NCBI GenBank assembly: GCA_964019335.1
Contig: OZ025650.1
Location: 682,001 to 746,000, forward strand
DNA from: Diplonema japonicum
Taxonomy: Eukaryota > Protista > Euglenozoa: Diplonemea
Length of the DNA: 64,000 nucleotides
Direction: 5' to 3'
Shown: positions 56,801 to 64,000 of the stretch, one piece after another
Layout of the letters: each line of letters begins with the position of its first letter
How positions within the stretch are numbered: position 1 is the first letter of the stretch
Notes under the pieces: generated by a model
Told to the model about the DNA's origin: nothing
What the model saw: only the letters and a program-made list of their open reading frames with translations
The model's database searches: none
Translations under genes and position numbers: made by a program

Positions 56801-59800
56801 AGCACCAGAAGGGACAGCAAGGATCTGGCTGAAATTGATTCCCTGAAGGATAAAATCAGGCGCTTGCAGAATATCAGTGACGGAAATGAACGCATGGAGC
56901 AGATGATGAGGGACCTTGAAGGGGAGAACGCCATGCTTCGCAACAAACTTCTCTCGAAAACAGGCAACGAAGACCGCATCAAGGACCTCCTCGACGAGGT
57001 AGCTGCTTTGAAGTCCGACAATCGCTACCTAAAGGGAGTGGCTATGCAAGGCGGCACGCCTAAACCTTCAAAGGACCAGTCCGACGAAGTCAGACGCCTC
57101 CGCGATGAAAATGAGTATCTCAGAGGCTTGGCTTTGCACCACGAGCTTGCAACCAAAGACAAGGACAGGGAAACCTCAGAACTCCACGACGATGCAAAGA
57201 TCTTCATGGATGAGATCACAAGACTGAGAACCTGTTTGGTATAAGAGAATAAAAAATCAAAAATACGCATCTTAACACCACAGAGCCAAACTGAGTCACC
57301 CGGACAGGTCAAGAAGCTCCGCACCCAGCATGATAAACTTGTGGTATGGATAGAAAGGAGCGGTGGGGTAAATACAAACTAATCAGGCAACTGTTGAGCA
57401 GAAGGAAGACGTCGAAAAATTCACCGAAGTCGAAATGGAAGAGCTTCGTTCTAAACTGCAGAACCTCAGAAAGGAGAACATAGAGCTGCGCGGTGTGAAG
57501 TCTCCTGATAAACTGGAGTACAAGATGCAAAGGCTTCGAGATGAGAACGACTTCTTGAAAAAGATTATTGAGGTATTCTACACAGCAAACAACAACAACA
57601 ACAACAACAACAGCGTGAGCGAGCCGATGGGTACTCTCAAACTGAGCAACACGTTGGCGATGCGCAAGACCTCCACAACAGGGTTTTGCTTTACCAGAAG
57701 GAAGTGGGTGACTTGAAGGAGCAATTGGTATTTGCAGGAAAAAAAAAAGGAAACCTTAACAAAACAGAACGACAACAAGCAACTCGCAACGTACACCAAA
57801 AACATCCAAAAGGAATTCAATGAGAACCTTGGAACCCTCCATGAGGAGTGCTTCCATCTCAGGAAGCAACTGCAACGCACGGACTCCGATGCTCCAAGGC
57901 TCACCCATGAGGAGAGGCGGATGTTCTCTTCCGAGGTGTGCTTTCTAAGAGGTGGACGTGCAAATAATACATTCCCACTCACAGCTCCAGCGCATGAACA
58001 ACAAAGTAAGAGACATGCAAGACGAAATTGCTAGACTGCTTGATCTTTTGGATCGTGAGGTATTGTCGAAAACAATGAAAATAAAAAAAAAACCTTTAAA
58101 AAAAAAATAACAGAAAATGGACAAAACAAAGGCCACCATTCTTGCTGACAAGATCGCCGACATGAGCACGAATACAAAGATTCTACAAGAAGAGTGCACC
58201 TACTTGAGGGGTCTTCTCAGCGATCAGGAAGGCCACTCTGAACAGCTTGTCAAGGCTCTTCGCGAGGAGGTTCTTCAGCTGAAAGACAAGCTGAAGAATG
58301 ATGACTCAAAGAGGCTGAAGGCAGAACACAGGAAGCTAACTCAGCGACTGGGAGACGTAGAGGAGGAGAACACCGCGCTGAAGGCAGCACTGCAGAAGAA
58401 GCGAGACGACGACGACATGAAGCGCAAAGCAGAGATGGAGGAGCTCGAAGAACGTTCGAAGGAGCTGCAGGAGGACAACGACTATCTGAAGGACCAGCTC
58501 ACGAAGTATCTTGGAGAGGCCGACGACATGAGGAAAATGGTGTCATCGCTGCAGGTGGCTAACAACACGCTGCTGAAGAAAGAAACAGACCCCGCCAAGC
58601 TTAAGGATCTCGAGAAAAAACTGCGGAAGTCGGAAGAAACCCTTAAAACCTCCGAGGATGAAAACCGGTACCTCAAAGAGCAGCTGCATGCTGCATCGCC
58701 ACAACAGGAGAAGCAAGCCAAAGAAATCAAAGAACTTCAGAGCGAAATCGACATCCTGATAGACAAGCTTGCTGACGCCACCAACGAGAACAAGTACCTC
58801 AAGGAGCAGCTGATGACATCCCCACAGCAGAAGAAGGACCTCGAGGATCTGCGAGAGGAAATTGAGACTCTTGATAAACAGCTTGCGGAGCTAAAGGACG
58901 AGAACGCGTACCTCAAGGATCTCACAATCAATTCAGATGTGAAGCCCAAGGACGACGAGGAACTAAAAGCACTCCAAGAGAAAAATGACTACCTCAAGAA
59001 CAGGCTTGCCGAGTTGGACACAACAGGCGACGTCAGATTCCGCAGGTTGCGGTACTACGCAGGCGGTGCGCTGACCCGTGGCAGCGCTAACCAGCTCGCC
59101 TCGGCTTATTTCAACAAATTGAGGCAGTACAAAAAGGGTACACCTGGCAGCAAATGGGGGCTATGGGAAAAGGAAAGGTTCGACGCCCTCAGGAAGAAGG
59201 TAGCCAACGTGATGCTCCACACGAAGATCCGCAACGTAGCGTACACCTATTACAGCAAGTTGGCGAGGAACAGGAGGCGCGTCGGGCCGCAGTCTTCCAC
59301 GAACACCGACGCGAGAAGGCTGGCCGCAATCTTACTGAAGCAAACGAATAAGGGGAAACTGCAGGTAAGTTTCAACGCCTTAAGGGACCATTCCATGACA
59401 AAGCGCCGCGAGGGTGACAACGTGCACTGGCTGAATGTTCTGTGGAAGACGAAGCAGCAGGCAGCGTTATCAGCGAACCTTGCAAACAACTCGAGGGTGA
59501 TGCGAAAGTACTACAAGAAGCTTGCTGACCACTTGACGGAGGCGAAGAAACGTCATCTGGAACAAAAGATTTGCGAGACGCTCCTTATGCAGACCGCGAA
59601 GGGTAGCTTGCGTGTGTCGTACGGCAAGCTCGAGAGGTACGCGAAACTGACGCGAGAGTACACAAGAAGGCAGCACCTGCGCAACAGGGCACTGTCTGTC
59701 GTGATGCAGAGCACTCTGCTAGGTGTTCTGCGGTACAGATGGAAGATATGGAAGGAGTACCGTGTGGCACGACGCGAGTCCGTGCTCCACTTCAGACAGC

Positions 59801-60870
59801 AGAAACTAGCTAGCAGGGCGGCTGCAATGCTTCTCTTCAGAACAAAACTAGGCAGGCTGAGGCACAGGTACAACCTGTGGAGGGACAAGACAGGCGGGGA
59901 GAAGAAGATTCACGACAAGACCACTGCCGCACACCTCTTACTAGGCAACACGACAAAAGGAATGCTAAGATCGAAGATGGCTGTGTGGAAGCAGTACGTG
60001 TCTGAGAGCAAACGTAAGGAAAAAGAAGCAATGCGGAAGCGACAGTTGTGCCGAATGCTGTTCGGGAAGTCGAAGCTGTTCCTCATGAGGTACGCCTACG
60101 GGAGGCTCATGGGTTACGTGACAGCAAAGAGAGAAGAGGGTTTCTACTGGAGACAGCAGAAAATCATGAGAAGGCTGATGGAAGCTCTTCTGAACAAGAC
60201 GAATAAGGGTCTTCTGAGGAATGGGTACAGCGCACTACAAGATAACACAAGACATCGTGCTCACAGGAGGAACAAACGACGTTTTGCGGAGTTGTTGTTG
60301 GGGCAAACAAAACGCGGGACTATGAGGAAGTACTATGTGAAGCTTCAAGAGCATTGTGGGAGGGCGTCGACTGACGAAGGGGAGAAGCTGAGGAGGAAAC
60401 GTGAGAAGATAAGGCTGTCGAGAGTTCTGTCTAGCTACAGCGATCACGGCCTCCTGAGGATTTACTACAACAAGCTTTACCAGCATATGAGGAGGATGAG
60501 AAAGCTTGATGCTAAGCAGCTGACGGCCACCGCGCTCCTAGGCAGCACCAGCAAGCTTCTTGTTGTGAAAGGCATGATCCGCATGTTGGCCTGGGCGCTA
60601 CACGGTAGAAGGCGTCACACTGATATGCTTTGGAACTCCACTGTAGCCCCGCTTAGAATGGTGATTGGTGGCAAACCCGAGAACATCGACAGGGAAGCTA
60701 GCAGCTACGGTAAGAGAAGACGAGCAATGTCTACTGTCACCAATACTGCACCTGTCTCTCCTTTGACTCAATCCCCTGGGCCCTCTCCTTACACTCCTCC
60801 TCGCTCCACTTCGCTTCTCGACAGACGCCGGCCAGCAGCACGCAAGCGAGACCCCCCTGTCGTTTTGTGA
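50846..60870 (+). CDS. giant repetitive coiled-coil (cytoskeletal/flagellar-type) protein, ~3250 aa, 6 introns
   Basis: Phase-0 introns 57239-57283, 57344-57386, 57573-57613, 57728-57767, 57936-57984 and 58060-58113 join the 2132-aa and 917-aa ORFs without stops. Recurrent LAAADDKIRELLDEI...DYTPELLDEVNRLR units; basic aromatic repeats in the C-terminal part. Confidence 0.85.
51968..52404 (+). repeat. ~437-bp intragenic direct repeat, copy 1
   Basis: Recurs at an offset of 2406 nt (54374-54810); one substitution noticed (ATG/GTG). Confidence 0.9.
54374..54810 (+). repeat. ~437-bp intragenic direct repeat, copy 2
   Basis: Near-identical to 51968-52404. Confidence 0.9.
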
Positions 60871-60947
60871 TCTACTTATTAATCCCCCTTTTTTTTCATG
60901 TGAACAAAAAAAAACTCAGGACATGGTGTCCGACGTTTGTGTTGTTT

Positions 60948-60988
<41 letters not shown>

Positions 60989-61381
60989 CCCCTCTCTCCC
61001 CCGTCTTATTCTACCTTAAAACAAACAAACAAAAAAAAATATTAGAATAGAGTTTCTGTATACAGAGCAACTCCCTTTCTTGAAGAAAAATAAAGAGGAA
61101 TATGATGCAAAACCTCTTTATGTTTGCCTCCCCCCCCCTCTTTTTTATTTTTAAACCTTTTTATTAGGTGCTCCCTTAATTCCGAGAAAACATAAAATTG
61201 GTTTTTGGGTTTGCAGGAATGAGAAAAAAAAAAGAAAAGGCACAAAGAAACCGTTATTTTAGATCTTTATTTACCCCCCCGTTCGCCCTCTTCTTATGAC
61301 CCACTGATTTCTTTTTTTATATTATGTACAAGCAATCACGTCTTCTGTAGTAGTAAACAAAAAAAAAAAAAGAAAGGCTCG

Positions 61382-61413
<32 letters not shown>

Positions 61414-61611
61414 CCAACTTTGTTTCTCTTCCCCTCCCCTTTTATTATGTGCCAGTCCGGTAGATGTTTTCTTTTTTTATTTTATTTTCCCCCTTGGGCA
61501 TTTGTATTATTTTCTTCTTTTTTTTTTTTAAATTTTTTTTTATATTTGTGCTGTCTTCTCAAATATAAGTTTCGGGCATCAAAAGAAGAGAAAAAAAAAA
61601 ACCTTTATAAA

Positions 61612-62192
61612 ATGCCGAAGAACGCCAAGTTGAGGTCTTCCCTTGAGGATGCCACCGGTGTGAAGGCCGGTACCGTGTGCATCTTGGTTGCTGGGCGCTT
61701 CCGTGGCCGCCGTGTTGTGTTGTTGAAGAAGGACACCAAGACCAACACCCTTGTTGTGACCGGACCCTACAAGGTACGTTTACTTGTTTTCCACCTTACA
61801 CCATAATTTTTTCTGCAGGTGAACGGTGTCCCCATCCGTCGTGTGGACCCCGCCTACGTCATTGCCACTTCCACCAAGATCGACCTCTCCAAGGTGGACA
61901 CCTCTGCCATCACTGACGACTTCTTCGCGAGGGCCAAGAAGGACCGCAAGAGGGGTGAGGACGGTTTCTTCAAGAAGGTTTGTATTAAACAAATTACGCC
62001 CCCTCCTAAAAAATTCTCAAACAGGGCGAGAAGGCTGAGAAGGTTGAGCTTCCCGAGAACAAGAAGAAGGCCCAGGCGACCGTTGACGAGCAGATCATGA
62101 AGCTCCTCTCCGGCAACGAGGACATGACCAAGTACCTCGGTTCCATCTTCACCCTCCGTGACCGTGACCACCCCCACGCCATGAAGTTCTAG
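61612..62192 (+). CDS. RPL6: 60S ribosomal protein eL6, copy 1
   Basis: [28 protein letters not shown]|[27 protein letters not shown]; introns 61774-61818 and 61978-62024. Confidence 0.96.
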
Positions 62193-62334
62193 ATCACTCA
62201 CACGATGATTGTGCTTTTTTTTCAGTAGGTTTTTTTTTCCGCTTGTTACTCTTATACATCGATGTGAAAAGGGAAACCACGCACCCACACCTGAAAACAG
62301 CTGTATTTCGCACCCCCTTTAAAAAAAATATATA

Positions 62335-62903
62335 ATGCCGAAGGCAGCAAAGTTGAGGTCTTCCCTTGAGGATGCCACCGGTGTGAAGGCCGGTACCGTG
62401 TGCATCTTGGTTGCTGGGCGCTTCCGTGGCCGCCGTGTTGTGTTGTTGAAGAAGGACACCAAGACCAACACCCTTGTTGTGACTGGGCCCTACAAGGTAC
62501 GTTTACTTAGCTTACTTTCAACAACTTTTTCTGCAGGTGAACGGTGTCCCCATCCGTCGTGTGGACCCCGCCTACGTCATTGCCACTTCCACCAAGATCG
62601 ACCTCTCCAAGGTGGACACCTCTGCCATCACTGACGACTTCTTCGCGAGGGCCAAGAAGGACCGCAAGAGGGGTGAGGACGGTTTCTTCAAGAAGGTATG
62701 ACTCGTGAGGGAATGAAGAAAAAATTCTCAAACAGGGCGAGAAGGCTGAGAAGGTTGAGCTCCCCGAGAACAAGAAGAAGGCCCAGGCGACCGTTGACGA
62801 GCAGATCATGAAGCTCCTCTCCGGCAACGAGGACATGACCAAGTACCTCGGTTCCATCTTCACCCTCCGTGACCGTGACCACCCCCACGCCATGAAGTTC
62901 TAG
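62335..62903 (+). CDS. RPL6: 60S ribosomal protein eL6, copy 2
   Basis: Near-identical exons; introns 62497-62536 and 62696-62735. Confidence 0.96.
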
Positions 62904-63067
62904 AGCGAGAAGGAGAAAAAAAAAAATAGCTTTATATCGTTCTTGTAGGTCGTTTCAGATTACTAATCAAAAATTCATTTTTTTTTCTTCATAGTGTTAC
63001 CGGTCGTTGGGGAACTACGGTTTATTCGCCACCCGTGAGCACATGCCAGGAAGGGGGATACATAAAA

Positions 63068-64000
63068 ATGCCAACGGCACGGATCTCCCTGACAGTGAAT
63101 GGCAACATCAACCCCATGAGAATAGTGGAACTAGTGGTGCAGCTGTGCATGGCGGGGCACACGGTGACGTTGTTTGTGTTTGCTATCATCGCGGCGTGGT
63201 TTGCGGTCACAATGGCCAACGCTTGCTTGAATGCCCCTTCGGTGCCTGTTCCATACACACAACTGAGGGAGTTGCCTTGCGAAGAAGACGAACCTGTGAT
63301 ATGGTTCTCGTCAAAGAGGCATGTCGGGAGGCACATCTCCCGATCTGACACGATGTCAGCAACACTGCTGCGGTCAGCAGCTGGGAGTCAAACCTTACAA
63401 AACACTTCTGGCAACGGAGTTCTAGCGAACCTAACCTTTGCAGAAGACCTGTGGACGGGACTGTCTTATGAAAAGAGGCGAGGCCAGCTGTTCCTGACCG
63501 TCGTTGAGCCGTCCAAGTGTGCAGTGAGGAGGTACTTTTCACGGATACAGCCGCTTTTCAGCGAGAAATTTCTGTCGGAAGAACACACTACGATACCTAT
63601 GAATGTGGAAGGGACTACTGACTGGACAATCTTCACGCCAGAACAAGTCCTTGCAGGCCCATGCTCCTGCATCGCCACTTCAGGCGACAAGACCCACATC
63701 GCAGTAGTCTACAGCACAACAGCCAACGAGTCGTCCATCCACACTGTCCGCATGTTCTACCCCAACAATTTGAAGCCCTTTGCGGATGACCTTCTGAATG
63801 AACAGGAGGAACAGCCTGACTTTATTCTCCCTATTGAAGAGTACACAAACACCTCCGCGGAGTTCCGGTTAAGAGGCGATCTCAATGTCAAATCCTTGGA
63901 ATGGACAGACGAGAACCGCTGCTTGACATACAGCAGGTCGGGTGACGTGGTGGACTACCGAAGGGTGTGCGTGGTGCAGGACGACAAGGGAGGGTATTTT
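63068..64000 (+). CDS. hypothetical membrane-anchored/secreted protein, 3' end outside window
   Basis: Frame from ATG 63068 (MPTARISLTVNG...) is open to the window end, so it is missing from the ORF track. N-terminal hydrophobic segment VTLFVFAIIAAWFAVTMA; several N-x-S/T sequons. Confidence 0.72.
   Translation, partial: MPTARISLTVNGNINPMRIVELVVQLCMAGHTVTLFVFAIIAAWFAVTMANACLNAPSVPVPYTQLRELPCEEDEPVIWFSSKRHVGRHISRSDTMSATLLRSAAGSQTLQNTSGNGVLANLTFAEDLWTGLSYEKRRGQLFLTVVEPSKCAVRRYFSRIQPLFSEKFLSEEHTTIPMNVEGTTDWTIFTPEQVLAGPCSCIATSGDKTHIAVVYSTTANESSIHTVRMFYPNNLKPFADDLLNEQEEQPDFILPIEEYTNTSAEFRLRGDLNVKSLEWTDENRCLTYSRSGDVVDYRRVCVVQDDKGGYF

Noticed and set aside
62200-62296. Possible C/D snoRNA between RPL6 copies (ATGATT...CTGA)
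   Set aside because: Poor C box, no terminal stem, and T-tracts better explained as a processing signal.

Overview
Eukaryotic nuclear DNA from a euglenozoan protist. It carries KMP-11 and a one-directional gene array, and the many short GT-AG introns make a diplonemid-like lineage more likely than a trypanosomatid (inference). About 32 protein-coding genes all lie on the + strand, separated by spacers rich in homopolymer runs. The only credible minus-strand coding sequences are two decayed DNA transposons: a Sola-like element with 37-bp TIRs and an AAAT TSD, and a piggyBac-like element. Reading by hand I reconstructed 32 introns of 33-78 nt that the ORF track misses. More than half have an A-rich or poly(A) tract instead of a polypyrimidine tract before the 3' AG. 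Splicing reveals a 652-aa UBC-like/UFD1/UBX/UBA fusion, a 3250-aa repetitive coiled-coil protein, a 452-aa CIPK-like kinase and an extended uL11m. Other highlights are a prokaryote-type AmmeMemoRadiSam radical SAM gene (amrS), a possibly membrane-anchored Vms1/ANKZF1-type protein, a degenerate PRPP synthetase, a tandem array of three-domain cold-shock proteins, and tandem RPS7 and RPL6 pairs showing gene conversion. All family assignments come from visual motif recognition; no searches were run.
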